DNA from: Eledone cirrhosa
Taxonomy: Eukaryota
DNA length: 64,000 bases
Assembly: GCA_964016885.1 (NCBI GenBank)
Contig: OZ024741.1
Span: 384,772,001 to 384,836,000 of the forward strand
Reading direction: 5' to 3'
Below the pieces are notes generated by a model, which worked only from the letters and a program-made list of their open reading frames with translations, made no database searches and was not told the DNA's origin. Numbering within the stretch: position 1 is the stretch's first letter; every line of letters starts with the position of its first letter. A program made the position numbers and the translations under genes. Shown in pieces: positions 31,001 through 48,300 of the stretch.

Positions 31001-34000
31001 TGTATTGTCCACTACACTGACCACAGTATCAATGTATTGTCCACTACAGAGACCACAGTATCAATGTATTGTCCACTACAGTGACCACAGTATCAATGTA
31101 TTGTCCATTACACTGACCACAGTATCAATGTATTGTCCACTACACTGACCACAGTATCAATGTATTGTCCACTACACTGACCACAGTATCAATGTATTGA
31201 CCACTACAGTGACCACAGTATCAATGTATTGTCCACTACACTGACCACAGTATCAATATATTGTCCACTACAGTGACCACAGTATCAATGTATTGACCAC
31301 TACAGTGACCACATTATCAATGTATTGTCCACTACACTGACCACAGTATCAATGTATTGTCCACTATACTGACCACAGTATCAATGTATTGTCCACTACA
31401 GAGACCATAGTATCAATGTATTGACCACTACAGAGACCACAGTATCAATGTATTGTCCACTACAATGACCACAGTATCAATGTATTGTTCACTACACTGA
31501 CCACAGTATCAATGTATTGTCCACTACACTGACCACAGTATCAATGTATTGTCCACTACAGTGACCACAGTATCAATGTATTGTCCACTACAGTGACCAC
31601 AGTATCAATGTATTGTCCACTACAGTGACCACAGTATGAATGTATTGTCCACTACACTGACCACAGTATCAATGTATTGACCACTACAGTGACCACAGTA
31701 TCAATGTATTGTCCAGTACAGTGACCACAGTATCAATGTATTGTCCACTACAGTGACCACAGTATCAATGTATTGTCCACTACACTGACCACAGTATCAA
31801 TGTATTGACCACTACAGTGACCACAGTATCAATGTATTGTCCACTACACTGACCACAGTATCAATGTATTGTCCACTACACTGACCACAGTATCAATGTA
31901 TTGTCCACTACAGTGACCACAGTATCAATGTATTGTCCATTACACTGACCACAGTTTCAATGTATTGACCACTACAGTGACCACAGTATCAATGTATTGT
32001 CCACTACAGTGACCACAGTATCAATGTATTGTCCACTACAGTGACCACAGTATCAATGTATTGACCACTACAGTGACAAGAGTATGAATGTATTGTCCAC
32101 TACACTGACCACAGTATCAATATATTGTCCACTACACTGACCACAGTATCAATATATTGTCCACTACAGTGAACACAGTATCAATGTATTGTCCACTACA
32201 CTGACCACAGTATCAATGTATTGTCCACTACACTGACCACAGTATCAATGTATTGTCCACTACACTGACCACAGTATCAATGTAGTGTCCACTACAGAGA
32301 CCACAGTATCAATGTATTGTCCACTACAGTGACCACAGTATCAATGTATTGTCCATTACACTGACCACAGTATCAATGTATTGTCCACTACACTGACCAC
32401 AGTATCAATGTATTGTCCACTACACTGACCACAGTATCAATGTATTGACCACTACAGTGACCACAGTATCAATGTATTGTCCACTACACTGACCACAGTA
32501 TCAATATATTGTCCACTACAGTGACCACAGTATCAATGTATTGACCACTACAGTGACCACATTATCAATGTATTGTCCACTACACTGACCACAGTATCAA
32601 TGTATTGTCCACTACACTGACCACAGTATCAATGTATTGTCCACTACAGAGACCATAGTATCAATGTATTGACCACTACAGAGACCACAGTATCAATGTA
32701 TTGTCCACTACAATGACCACAGTATCAATGTATTGTTCACTACACTGACCACAGTATCAATGTATTGTCCACTACACTGACCACAGTATCAATGTATTGT
32801 CCACTACAGTGACCACAGTATCAATGTATTGTCCACTACAGTGACCACAATATCAATGTATTGTCCACTACAGTGACCACAGTATCAATGTATTGTCCAC
32901 TACACTGACCACAGTATCAATGTATTGACCACTACAGTGACCACAGTATCAATGTATTGTCCAGTACAGTGACCACAGTATCAATGTATTGTCCACTACA
33001 GTGACCACAGTATCAATGTATTGTCCACTACACTGACCACAGTATCAATGTATTGACCACTACAGTGACCACAGTATCAATGTATTGTCCACTACACTGA
33101 TCACAGTATCAATGTATTGTCCACTACACTGCCCACAGTATCAATGTATTGTCCACTACAGTGACCACAGTATCAATGTATTGTCCACTACACTGACCAC
33201 AGTATCAATGTATTGTCCACTACAGTGACCACAGTATCAATATATTGTCCACTACACTGACCACAGTATCAATGTATTGACCACTACACTGACCACAGTA
33301 TCAATGTATTGTCCACTACACTGACCACAGTATCAATGTATTGTCCACTACACTGACCACAGTATCAATGTATTGTCCACTACAGTGACCACAGTATCAA
33401 TGTATTGTCCAGTACACTGACCAGAGTATCAATGTATTGTCCACTACAGTGACCACAGTATCAATGTATTGTCCACTACACTGACCACAGTATCAATGTA
33501 TTGACCACTACAGTGACCACAGTATCAATGTATTGTCCACTACAGTGACCACAGTATCAATGTATTGTCCACTACAGTGACCACAGTATCAATGTATTGT
33601 CCACTACACTGACCACAGTATCAATGTATTGACCACTACACTGACCACAGTATCTATGTATTGTCCACTACAGTGACCACAGTATCAATGTATTGTCCAC
33701 TACAGTGACCACAGTATCAATGTATTGTCCACTACAGTGACCACAGTATCAATGTATTGTCCATTACACTGACCACAGTATCAATGTATTGACCACTACA
33801 GTGACCACAGTATCAATGTATTGTCCACTACACTGACCACAGTATCAATGTATTGTCCACTACAGTGACTACAGTATCAATGTATTGTCCATTACACTGA
33901 CCACTGTATCAATGTATTGACCACTACAGTGACTACAGTATCAATGTATTGACCACTACAGTGACCACAGTATCAATGTATTGACCACTACAGTGACCAC

Positions 34001-36009
34001 AGTATCAATGTATTGTCCACTACACTGACAACAGTATCAATGTATTGTCCACTACAGTGACCACAGTATCAATGTATTGACCACTACAGTGACCACAGTA
34101 TCAATGTATTGTCCACTACACTGACCACAGTATCAATGTATTGTCCACTACACTGACCACAGCATCAATGTATTGTCCACTACACTGACCACAGTATCAA
34201 TGTATTGTCCACTGCAGAGACCACAGTATCAATGTATTGTCCACTACAGTGACCACAGTATCAATGTATTGTCCATTACACTGACCACAGTATCAATGTA
34301 TTGTCCACTACACTGACCACAGTATCAATGTATTGTCCACTACACTAACCACAGTATCAATGTATTGACCACTACAGTGACCACAGTATCAATGTATTGT
34401 CCACTACACTGACCACAGTATCAATGTATTGTCCACTACACTGACCACAGTATCAATGTATTGTCCACTACAGTGACCACAGTATCAATATATTGACCAC
34501 TACAGTGACCACATTATCAATGTATTGTACACTACACTGACCACAGTATCAATGTATTGTCCACTACACTGACCACAGTATCAATGTATTGTCCACTACA
34601 GAGACTATAGTATCAATGTATTGACCACTACAGAGACCACAGTATCAATGTATTGTCCACTACAGTGACCACAGTATCAATGTATTGTCCACTACACTGA
34701 CCACAGTATCAATGTATTGTCCACTACAGTGACCACAGTATCAATGTATTGTCCACTACAGTGACCACAGTATCAATGTATTGTCCACTACAGTGACCAC
34801 AGTATCAATGTATTGTCCACTACACTGACCACAGTATCAATGTATTGACCACTACAGTGACCACAGTATCAATGTATTGTCAAGTACAGTGACCACAGTA
34901 TCAATGTATTGTCCACTACAGTGACCACAGTATCAATGTATTGTCCACTACACTGACCACAGTATCAATGTATTGACCACTACAGTGACCACAGTATCAA
35001 TGTATTGTCCACTACACTGACCACAGTATGAATGTATTGTCCACTACACTGACCACAGTATCAATGTATTGTCCACTACAGTGACCACAGTATCAATGTA
35101 TTGTCCATTACATTGACCACAGTTTCAATGTATTGACCACTACAGTGACCACAGTATCAATGTATTGTCCACTACAGTGACCACAGTATCAATGTATTGT
35201 CCACTACAGTGACCACAGTATCAATGTATTGACCACTACACTGACTACAGTATCAATGTATTGTCCACTACACTGACCACAGTATCAATATATTGACCAC
35301 TACAGTGACCACAGTATCAATATATTGACCACAACACTGACCACAGTATATATGTATTGACCACTACACTGATCACAGTATCAATGTATTGTCCACTACA
35401 CTGACCACAGTATCAATGTATTGTCCAATACACTGACCACAGTATCAATATATTGTCCACTACAGTGACAAGAGTATCAATGTATTGTCCACTACACTGA
35501 CCACAGTATCAATATATTGTCCACTACACTGACCACAGTATCAATATATTGTCCACTACAGTGAACACAGTATCAATGTATTGTCCACTACACTGACCAC
35601 AGTATCAATATATTGTCCACTACACTGACCACAGTATCAATATATTATCCACTACAGTGACCAGAGTATCAATGTATTGTCCACTACACTGACCACAGTA
35701 TCAATGTATTGTCCACTACACTGCCCACAGTATCAATGTATTGTCCACTACAGTGACCACAGTATCAATGTATTGTCCACTACACTGACCAGAGTATCAA
35801 TGTATTGTCCACTACAGTGACCACAGTATCAATGTATTGTCCACTACACTGACCACAGTATCAATGTATTGACCACTACAGTGACCACAGTACCAATGTA
35901 TTGTCCACTACAGTGACCACAGTATCAATGTATTGTCCACTACACTGACCATAGTATCAATGTATTGTCCACTACAGTGACCACAGTATCAATGTATTGT
36001 CCACTACAC

Positions 36010-36056
36010 TACATTGATACTCTGGTCACTGTAGTGGACAATACATTGATACTGTG
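36010..36056 (-). repeat. 47-bp inverted satellite fragment, copy 3
   Basis: Same sequence and junctions as copy 1. Confidence 0.97.
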
Positions 36057-38399
36057 TCCACTACGGTCCATTACACTGACCACTGTATCAATGTATTGAC
36101 CACTACAGTGACTACAGTATCAATGTATTGACCACTACAGTGACCACAGTATCAATGTATTGACCACTACAGTGACCACAGTATCAATGTATTGTCCACT
36201 ACACTGACCACAGTATCAATGTATTGTCCACTACAGTGACCACAGTATCAATGTATTGTCCACTACAGTGACCACAGTATCAATGTATTGACCACTACAG
36301 TGACCACAGTATCAATGTATTGTCCACTACACTGACCACAGTATCAATGTATTGTCCACTACAGTGACCACAGTATCAATGTATTGTCCACTACAGTGAC
36401 CACAGTATCAATGTATTGACCACTACAGTGACCACATTATCAATGTATTGTCCACTACACTGACCACAGTATCAATGTATTGTCCACTACACTGACTACA
36501 GTATCAATGTATTGTCCACTACAGAGACCATAGTATCAATGTATTGACCACTACAGAGACCACAGTATCAATGTATTGTCCACTACAGTGACCACAGTAT
36601 CAATGTATTGTCCATTACACTGACCACAGTATCAATGTATTGACCACTACAGTGACCACAGTATCAATGTATTGTCCACTACAGTGACCACAGTATCAAT
36701 GTATTGTCCACTACACTGACCACAGTATCAATATATTCTCCACTATAGTGACCACAGTATCAATGTATTGTCCACTACACTGACCACATTATCAATGTAT
36801 TGTCCACTACAGTGACCACAGTATCAATGTATTGTCCACTACACTGACCACAGTATCTATATATTGACCACTACAGTGACCACAGTATCAATGTATTGAC
36901 CACTACAGTGACCACAGTATCAATATATTGTCCACTACACTGACCACAGTATCAATGTATTGTCCACTACACTGACCACAGTATCAATGTATTGTCCACT
37001 ACACTGACCACAGTATCAATATATTGTCCACTACACTGACCACAGTATCAATGTATTGTCCACTACACTGACCACAGTATCAATGTATTGTCCACTACAC
37101 TGACCACAGTATCATTATATTGTCCACTACACTGACCACAGTATCAATGTATTGTCCACTACAGAGACCACAGTATCAATGTATTGTCCACTACAGTGAC
37201 CACAGTATCAATGTATTGTCCACTACAGTGACCACAGTATTAATATATTGTCCACTACACTGACCACAGTATCAATGTATTGTCCACTACACTGACCACA
37301 GTATCAATGTATTGTCCACTACAGTGACCACAGTATCAATGTATTGACCACTACATTGACCACAGTATCAATATATTGTCCACAACACTGACCACAGTAT
37401 CAATGTATTGTCCACTACAGAGACCACAGTATCAATGTATTGTCCACTACACTGACCACAGTATCAATGTATTGTCCACTACAGTGACCACAGTATCAAT
37501 GTATTGACCACTACAGTGACCACAGTATCAATATATTGTCCACTACACTGACCACAGTATCAATGTATTGTCCACTACAGAGACCACAGTATCAATGTAT
37601 TGTCCACTACAGTGACCACTGTATCAATGTATTGTCCACTACAGTGACCAGAGTATCAATGTATTGTCCACTACACTGACCACAGTATCAATGTATTGTC
37701 CACTACACTGACCATAGTATCAATGTATTGTCCACTACAGTGACCACAGTATCAATGTATTGTCCACTACAGTGACCACAATATCAATGTATTGTCCACT
37801 ACACTGACCATAGTATCAATGTATTGTCCACTACAGTGACCACAGTATCAATGTATTGTCCACTACATTGACCACAGTATCAATGTATTGTCCACTACAC
37901 TGCCCACAGTATCAATGTATTGTCCACTACAGTGACCACAGTATCAATGTATTGTCCACTACACTGACCACAGTATCAATGTATTGACCACTACAGTGAC
38001 CACAGTATCAATATATTGTCCACTACACTGACCACAGTATCAATGTATTGACCACTACACTGACCACAGTATCAATGTATTGTCCACTACACTGACCACA
38101 GTATCAATGTATTGTCCACTACACTGACCACAGTATCAATGTATTGTCCACTGCAGTGACCACAATATCAATGTATTGTCCACTACACTGACCAGAGTAT
38201 CAATGTATTGTCCACTACACTGACCACAGTATCAATGTATTGTCCACTGCAGAGACCACAGTATCAATGTATTGTCCACTACACTGACCAGAGTATCAAT
38301 GTATTGTCCACTACAGTGACCACAGTATCAATGTATTGTCAACTACACTGACCACAATATCAATGTATTGTCCACTACACTGACCACAGTATCAATATA

Positions 38400-41300
38400 T
38401 TGTCCACTACAGTGACAAGAGTATCAATGTATTGTCCACTACACTGACCACAGTATCAATATATTGTCCACTACACTGACCACAGTATCAATATATTGTC
38501 CACTAGAGTGACCACAGTATCAATGTCTTGTCCACTACACTGACCACAGTATCAATATATTGTCCACTACACTGACCACAGTATCAATATATTATCCACT
38601 ACAGTGACCAGAGTATCAATGTATTGTCCACTACACTGACCACAGTATCAATGTATTGTCCACTACACTGACCATAGTATCAATGTATTGTCCACTACAG
38701 TGTCCACAGTATCAATGTATTGTCCACTACACTGACCACAGTATCAATATATTGTCCACTACACTGACCACAGTATCAATATATTGTCCACTACAGTGAC
38801 CAGAGTATCAATGTATTGTCCACTACACTGACCACAGTATCAATGTATTGTCCACTACACTGACCATAGTATCAATGTATTGTCCACTACAGTGACCACA
38901 GTATCAATGTATTGTCCACTACAGTGACCACAGTATCAATGTATTGTCCACTACACTGACCATAGTTTCAATGTATTGTCCACTACAGTGACCACAGTAT
39001 CAATGTATTGTCCACTACACTGACCACAGTATCAATGTATTGTGCACTACACTGACCACAGTATCAATGTATTGTCCACTACAGTGACCACAGTATCAAT
39101 GTATTGTCCACTACACTGACCACAGTATCAATGTATTGTCCACTACAGTGACCACAGTATCAATATATTGTCCACTACACTGACCACAGTATCAATGTAT
39201 TGACCACTACACTGACCACAGTATCAATGTATTGTCCACTACACTGATGACATTATCAATGTTATTGTCCACTACACTGACCACAGTATCAATGTATTGT
39301 CCACTGCAGTGACCACAGTATCAATGTATTGTCCACTACACTGACCAGAGTATCAATGTATTGTCCACTACAGTGACCACAGTATCAATGCATTGTCCAC
39401 TACACTGACCACAGTATTAATGTATTGAAACTACACTGACCACAGTATCAATGTATTGTCCACTACAGTGACCACAGTATCAATGTATTGTCCACTACTG
39501 TGACCACAGTATCAATGTATTGTCCACTACACTGACCACGGTATCAATGTATTGATCACTACAGTGACCACAGTATCAATGTATTGTCCATTACACTGAC
39601 CACAGTATCAATGTATTGTCCACTACACTGACCACAGTATCAATGTATTGTCCACTACACTAACCACAGTATCAATGTATTGACCACTACAGTGACCACA
39701 GTCTCAATGTATTGTCCACTACACTGACCACAGTATCAATGTATTGTCCACTACACTGACCACAGTATCAATGTATTGTCCACTACAGTGACCACAGAAT
39801 CAATGTATTGACCACTACAGTGACCACATTATCAATGTATTGTACACTACACTGACCACAGTATCAATGTATTGTCCACTACACTGACCACAGTATCAAT
39901 GTATTGTCCACTACTGTGACCACAGTATCAATGTATTGTCCACTACACTGACCACGGTATCAATGTATTGACCACTACAGAGACCACTGTATCAATGTAT
40001 TGTCCACTACAGTGACCACAGTATCAATGTATTGTCCACTACACTGACCACAGTATCAATGTATTGTCCACTACACTGACCACAGTATCAATGTATTGTC
40101 CACTACACTGACCACAGTATCAATGTATTGACCATTACACTGACCACAGTATCAATGTATTGTCCACTACACTGACGACAGTATCAATGTATTGACCACT
40201 ACACTGACCACAGTATCAATGTATTGTCCACTACACTGACGACAGTATCAATGTATTGTCCACTACACTGACCACAGTATAAATGTATTGTCCACTGCAG
40301 TGACCACAGTATCAATGTATTGTCCACTACACTGACCAGAGTATCAATGTATTGTCCACTACAGTGACCACAGTATCAATGTATTGTCCACTACACTCAC
40401 CACAGTATCAATGTATTGACCACTACAGTGACCACAGTATCAATGTATTGTCCACTACAGTGACCACAGTATCAATGTATTGTCCACTACAGTGACCACA
40501 GTATCAATGTATTGTCCACTACACTGACCACGGTATCAATGTATTGACCACTACAGTGACCACAGTATCAATGTATTGTCCACTACAGTGACCACAGTAT
40601 CAATGTATTGTCCACTACAGTGACCACAGTATCAATGTATTGTCCACTACAGTGACCACAGTATCAATGTATTGTCCACTACACTGACCACAGTATCAAT
40701 GTATTGACCACTACAGTGACCACAGTATCAATGTATTGACCACTACAGTGACCACAGTATCAATGTATTGTCCACTACAGTGACCACAGTATCAATGTAT
40801 TGTCCACTACAGTGACCACAGTATCAATGTATTGACCACTACAGTGACCACAGTATCAATGTATTGTCCACTACAGTGACCACAGTATCAATGTATTGTC
40901 CACTACACTGACCACAGTATCAATGTATTGACCACTACACTGACCACAGTATCAATGTATTGTCCACTACAGTGACAACAGTATCAATGTATTGTCCACT
41001 ACAGTGACCACAGTATCAATGTATTGTCCACTACAGTGACCACAGTATCAATGTATTGTCCACTACAGTGACCACAGTATCAATGTATTGTCCACTACAG
41101 TGACCACAGTATCAATGTATTGTCCACTACAGTGACCACAGTATCAATGTATTGTCCACTACAGTGACCACAGTATCAATGTATTGTCCACTACAGTGAC
41201 CACAGTATCAATGTATTGTCCATTACACTGACCACAGTATCAATGTATTGACCACTACAGTGACCACAGTATCAATGTATTGTCCACTACACTGACCACG

Positions 41301-44300
41301 GTATCAATGTATTGACCACTACAGTGACCACAGTATCAATGTATTGTCCACTACAGTGACCACAGTATCAATGTATTGTCCACTACAGTGACCATAGTAT
41401 CAATGTATTGTCCATTACACTGACCACTGTATCAATGTATTGACCACTACAGTGACTACAGTATCAATGTATTGACCACTACAGTGACCACAGTATCAAT
41501 GTATTGACCACTACAGTGACCACAGTATCAATGTATTGTCCACTACACTGACAACAGTATCAATGTATTGTCCACTACACTGACCACAGTATCAATGTAT
41601 TGACCACTACAGTGACCACAGTATCAATGTATTGTCCACTACACTGACCACAGTATCAATGTATTGTCCACTACACTGACCACAGTATCAATGTATTGTC
41701 CACTACACTGACCACAGTATCAATGTATTGTCCACTGCAGGGACCACAGTATCAATGTATTGTCCACTACAGTGACCACAGTATCAATGTATTGTCCATT
41801 ACACTGACCACAGTATCAATGTATTGTCCACTACACTGACCACAGTATCAATGTATTGTCCACTACACTAACCACAGTATCAATGTATTGACCACTACAG
41901 TGACCACAGTATCAATGTATTGTCCACTACACTGACCACAGTATCAATGTATTGTCCACTACACTGACCACAGTATCAATGTATTGTCCACTATAGTGAC
42001 CACAGTATCAATGTATTGACCACTACAGTGACCACATTATCAATGTATTGTACACTACACTGACCACAGTATCAATGTATTGTCCACTACACTGACCACA
42101 GTATCAATGTATTGTCCACTACAGAGACCATAGTATCAATGTATTGACCACTACAGAGACCACAGTATCAATGTATTGTCCACTACAGTGACCACAGTAT
42201 CAATGTATTGTCCACTACACTGACCACAGTATCAATGTATTGTCCACTACACTGACCACAGTATCAATGTAATGTCCACTACACTGACCACAGTATCAAT
42301 GTATTGACCACTACACTGACCACAGTATCAATGTATTGTCCACTACACTGACCACGGTATCAATGTATTGACCACTACAGTGACCACAGTATCAATGTAT
42401 TGTCCACTACAGTGACCACAGTATCAATGTATTGTCCACTACAGTGACCACAGTATCAATGTATTGTCCACTACAGTGACCACAGTATCAATGTATTGTC
42501 CACTACAGTGACCACAGTATCAATGTATTGACCACTACAGTGACCACAGTATCAATGTATTGTCCACTACAGTGACCACAGTATCAATGTATTGTCCACT
42601 ACAGTGACCACAGTATCAATGTATTGTCCACTACAGTGACCACAGTATCAATGTATTGTCCACTACAGTGACCACAGTATCAATGTATTGTCCACTACAG
42701 TGACCACAGTATCAATGTATTGTCCACTACAGTGACCACAGTATCAATGTATTGTCCACTACACTGACCACGGTATCAATGTATTGACCACTACAATGAC
42801 CACAGTATCAATGTATTGTCCACTACAGTGACCACAGTATCAATGTATTGTCCACTACAGTGACCAGAGTATCAATGTATTGTCCACTACACTGACCACA
42901 GTATCAATGTATTGTCCACTACACTGACCACACTATCAATGTATTGACCACTACAGTGACCACAGTATCAATGTATTGTCCACTACAGTGACCACAGTAT
43001 CAATGTATTGTCCACTACACTGACCACAGTATCAATGTATTGACCACTACAGTGACCAAAGTATCAATGTATTGTCCACTACATTGACCACAGTATCAAT
43101 GTATTGTCCATTACACTGACCACAGTATCAATGTATTGACTACTACAGTGACCACAGTATCAATGTATTGTCCACTACAGTGACCACAGTATCAATGTAT
43201 TGTCCACTACAGTGACCACAGTATCAATGTATTGTCCATTACACTGACCACTGTATCAATGTATTGACCACTACAGTGACTACAGTATCAATGTATTGAC
43301 CACTACAGTGACCACAGTATCAATGTATTGACCACTACAGTGACCAGAGTATCAATGTATTGTCCACTACACTGACAACAGTATCAATGTATTGTCCACT
43401 ACACTGACCACAGTATCAATGTATTGACCACTACAGTGACCACAGTATCAATGTATTGTCCACTACACTGACCACAGTATCAATGTATTGTCCACTACAC
43501 TGACCACAGTATCAATGTATTGTCCACTACACTGACCACAGTATCAATGTATTGTCCACTGCAGAGACCACAGTATCAATGTATTGTCCACTACAGTGAC
43601 CACAGTATCAATGTATTGTCCATTACACTGACCACAGTATCAATGTATTGTCCACTACACTGACCACAGTATCAATGTATTGTCCACTACATTAACCACA
43701 GTATCAATGTATTGACCACTACAGTGACCACAGTATCAATGTATTGTCCACTACACTGACCACAGTATCAATGTATTGTCCACTACACTGACCACAGTAT
43801 CAATGTATTGTCCACTACAGTGACCACAGTATCAACGTATTGACCACTACAGTGACCACATTATCAATGTATTGTACACTACACTGACCACAGTATCAAT
43901 GTATTGTCCACTACACTGACCACAGTATCAATGTATTGTCCACTACAGAGACCATAGTATCAATGTATTGACCACTACAGAGACCACAGTATCAATGTAT
44001 TGTCCACTACAGTGACCACAGTATCAATGTATTGTCCACTACACTGACCACAGTATCAATGTAATGTCCACTACACTGACCACAGTATCAATGTATTGAC
44101 CACTACACTGACCACAGTATCAATGTATTGTCCACTACACTGACCACGGTATCAATGTATTGACCACTACAGTGACCACAGTATCAATGTATTGTCCACT
44201 ACAGTGACCACAGTATCAATGTATTGTCCACTACAGTGACCACAGTATCAATGTATTGTCCACTACACTGACCACAGTATCAATGTATTGACCACTACAG

Positions 44301-47300
44301 TGACCAAAGTATCAATGTATTGTCCACTACATTGACCACAGTATCAATGTATTGTCCATTACACTGACCACAGTATCAATGTATTGACTACTACAGTGAC
44401 CATAGTATCAATGTATTGTCCACTACAGTGACCACAGTATCAATGTATTGTCCACTACAGTGACCACAGTATCAATGTATTGTCCATTACACTGACCAGT
44501 GTATCAATGTATTGACCACTACAGTGACTAGAGTATCAATGTATTGACCACTACAGTGACCACAGTATCAATGTATTGACCACTACAGTGACCACAGTAT
44601 CAATGTATTGTCCACTACACTGACAACAGTATCAATGTATTGTCCACTACACTGACCACAGTATCAATGTATTGACCACTACAGTGACCACAGTATCAAT
44701 GTATTGTCCACTACACTGACCACAGTATCAATGTATTGTCCACTACACTGACCACAGTATCAATGTATTGTCCACTACACTGACCACAGTATCAATGTAT
44801 TGTCCACTGCAGAGACCACAGTATCAATGTATTGTCCACTACAGTGACCACAGTATCAATGTATTGTCCATTACACTGACCACAGTATCAATGTATTGTC
44901 CACTACACTGACCACAGTATCAATGTATTGTCCACTACACTAACCACAGTATCAATGTATTGACCACTACAGTGACCACAGTATCAATGTATTGTCCACT
45001 ACACTGACCACAGTATCAATGTATTGTCCACTACACTGACCACAGTATCAATGTATTGTCCACTACAGTGACCACAGTATCAATGTATTGACCACTACAG
45101 TGACCACATTATCAATGTATTGTACACTACACTGACCACAGTATCAATGTATTGTCCACTACACTGACCACAGTATCAATGTATTGTCCACTACAGAGAC
45201 CATAGTATCAATGTATTGACCACTACAGAGACCACAGTATCAATGTATTGTCCACTACAGTGACCACAGTATCAATGTATTGTCCACTACACTGACCACA
45301 GTATCAATGTATTGTCCACTACACTGACCACAGTATCAATGTAATGTCCACTACACTGACCACAGTATCAATGTATTGACCACTACACTGACCACAGTAT
45401 CAATGTATTGTCCACTACACTGACCACGGTATCAATGTATTGACCACTACAGTGACCACAGTATCAATGTATTGTCCACTACAGTGACCACAGTATCAAT
45501 GTATTGTCCACTACAGTGACCACAGTATCAATGTATTGTCCACTACAGTGACCACAGTATCAATGTATTGTCCACTACAGTGACCACAGTATCAATGTAT
45601 TGACCACTACAGTGACCACAGTATCAATGTATTGTCCACTACACTGACCACACTATCAATGTATTGACCACTACAGTGACCACAGTATCAATGTATTGTC
45701 CACTACAGTGACCACAGTATCAATGTATTGTCCACTACAGTGACCACAGTATCAATGTATTGTCCACTACACTGACCACAGTATCAATGTATTGACCACT
45801 ACAGTGACCAAAGTATCAATGTATTGTCCACTACATTGACCACAGTATCAATGTATTGTCCATTACACTGACCACAGTATCAATGTATTGACTACTACAG
45901 TGACCACAGTATCAATGTATTGTCCACTACAGTGACCACAGTATCAATGTATTGTCCACTACAGTGACCACAGTATCAATGTATTGTCCATTACACTGAC
46001 CACTGTATCAATGTATTTATCACTACAGTGACTACAGTATCAATGTATTGACCACTACAGTGACCACAGTATCAATGTATTGACCACTACAGTGACCACA
46101 GTATCAATGTATTGTCCACTACACTGACCACAGTATCAATGTATTGTCCACTACACTGACCACAGTATCAATGTATTGTCCACTACACTGACCACAGTAT
46201 CAATGTATTGTCCACTACAGAGACCACAGTATCAATGTATTGTCCACTACAGTGACCACAGTATCAATGTATTGTCCATTACACTGACCACAGTATCAAT
46301 GTATTGTCCACTACACTGACCACAGTATCAATGTATTGTCCACTACACTGACCACAGTATCAATGTATTGACCACTACAGTGACCACAGTATCAATGTAT
46401 TGTCCACTACACTGACCACAGTATCAATATATTGTCCACTACAGTGACCACAGTATCAATGTATTGACCACTACAGTGACCACATTATCAATGTATTGTC
46501 CACTACACTGACCACAGTATCAATGTATTGTCCACTATACTGACCACAGTATCAATGTATTGTCCACTACAGAGACCATAGTATCAATGTATTGACCACT
46601 ACAGAGACCACAGTATCAATGTATTGTCCACTACAATGACCACAGTATCAATGTATTGTTCACTACACTGACCACAGTATCAATGTATTGTCCACTACAC
46701 TGACCACATTATCAATGTATTGTCCACTACAGTGACCACAGTATCAATGTATTGTCCACTACAGTGACCACAGTATCAATGTATTGTCCACTACAGTGAC
46801 CACAGTATGAATGTATTGTCCACTACACTGACCACAGTATCAATGTATTGACCACTACAGTGACCACAGTATCAATGTATTGTCCAGTACAGTGACCACA
46901 GTATCAATGTATTGTCCACTACAGTGACCACAGCATCAATGTATTGTCCACTACACTGACCACAGTATCAATGTATTGACCACTACAGTGACCACAGTAT
47001 CAATGTATTGTCCACTACACTGACCACAGTATCAATGTATTGTCCACTACACTGACCACAGTATCAATGTATTGTCCACTACAGTGACCACAGTATCAAT
47101 GTATTGTCCATTACACTGACCACAGTTTCAATGTATTGACCACTACAGTGACCACAGTATCAATGTATTGTCCACTACAGTGACCACAGTATCAATGTAT
47201 TGTCCACTACAGTGAGCACAGTATCAATGTATTGACCACTACAGTGACAAGAGTATGAATGTATTGTCCACTACACTGACCACAGTATCAATATATTGTC

Positions 47301-48300
47301 CACTACACTGACCACAGTATCAATATATTGTCCACTACAGTGAACACAGTATCAATGTATTGTCCACTACACTGACCACAGTATCAATGTATTGTCCACT
47401 ACACTGACCACAGTATCAATGTATTGTCCACTACACTGACCACAGTATCAATGTATTGTCCACTACAGAGACCACAGTATCAATGTATTGTCCACTACAG
47501 TGACCACAGTATCAATTATTGTCCATTACACTGACCACAGTATCAATGTATTGTCCACTACACTGACCACAGTATCAATGTATTGTCCACTACACTGACC
47601 ACAGTATCAATGTATTGACCACTACAGTGACCACAGTATCAATGTATTGTCCACTACACTGACCACAGTATCAATATATTGTCCACTACAGTGACCACAG
47701 TATCAATGTATTGACCACTACAGTGACCACATTATCAATGTATTGTCCACTACACTGACCACAGTATCAATGTATTGTCCACTACACTGACCACAGTATC
47801 AATGTATTGTCCACTACAGAGACCATAGTATCAATGTATTGACCACTACAGAGACCACAGTATCAATGTATTGTCCACTACAATGACCACAGTATCAATG
47901 TATTGTTCACTACACTGACCACAGTATCAATGTATTGTCCACTACACTGACCACAGTATCAATGTATTGTCCACTACAGTGACCACAGTATCAATGTATT
48001 GTCCACTACAGTGACCACAGTATCAATGTATTGTCCACTACAGTGACCACAGTATCAATGTATTGTCCACTACACTGACCACAGTATCAATGTATTGACC
48101 ACTACAGTGACCACAGTATCAATGTATTGTCCAGTACAGTGACCACAGTATCAATGTATTGTCCACTACAGTGACCACAGTATCAATGTATTGTCCACTA
48201 CACTGACCACAGTATCAATGTATTGACCACTACAGTGACCACAGTATCAATGTATTGTCCACTACACTGATCACAGTATCAATGTATTGTCCACTACACT
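38400..48300. repeat. Dispersed copy of the satellite block at ~9.8-19.7 kb (offset ~28.6 kb); boundaries approximate
   Basis: Rare markers at offset 28617: aaactac 10811/39428, gtctcaat 11084/39701, cagggacc 13121/41738. The marker ttta at 17431/46016 has offset 28585, one monomer fewer. Confidence 0.88.
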
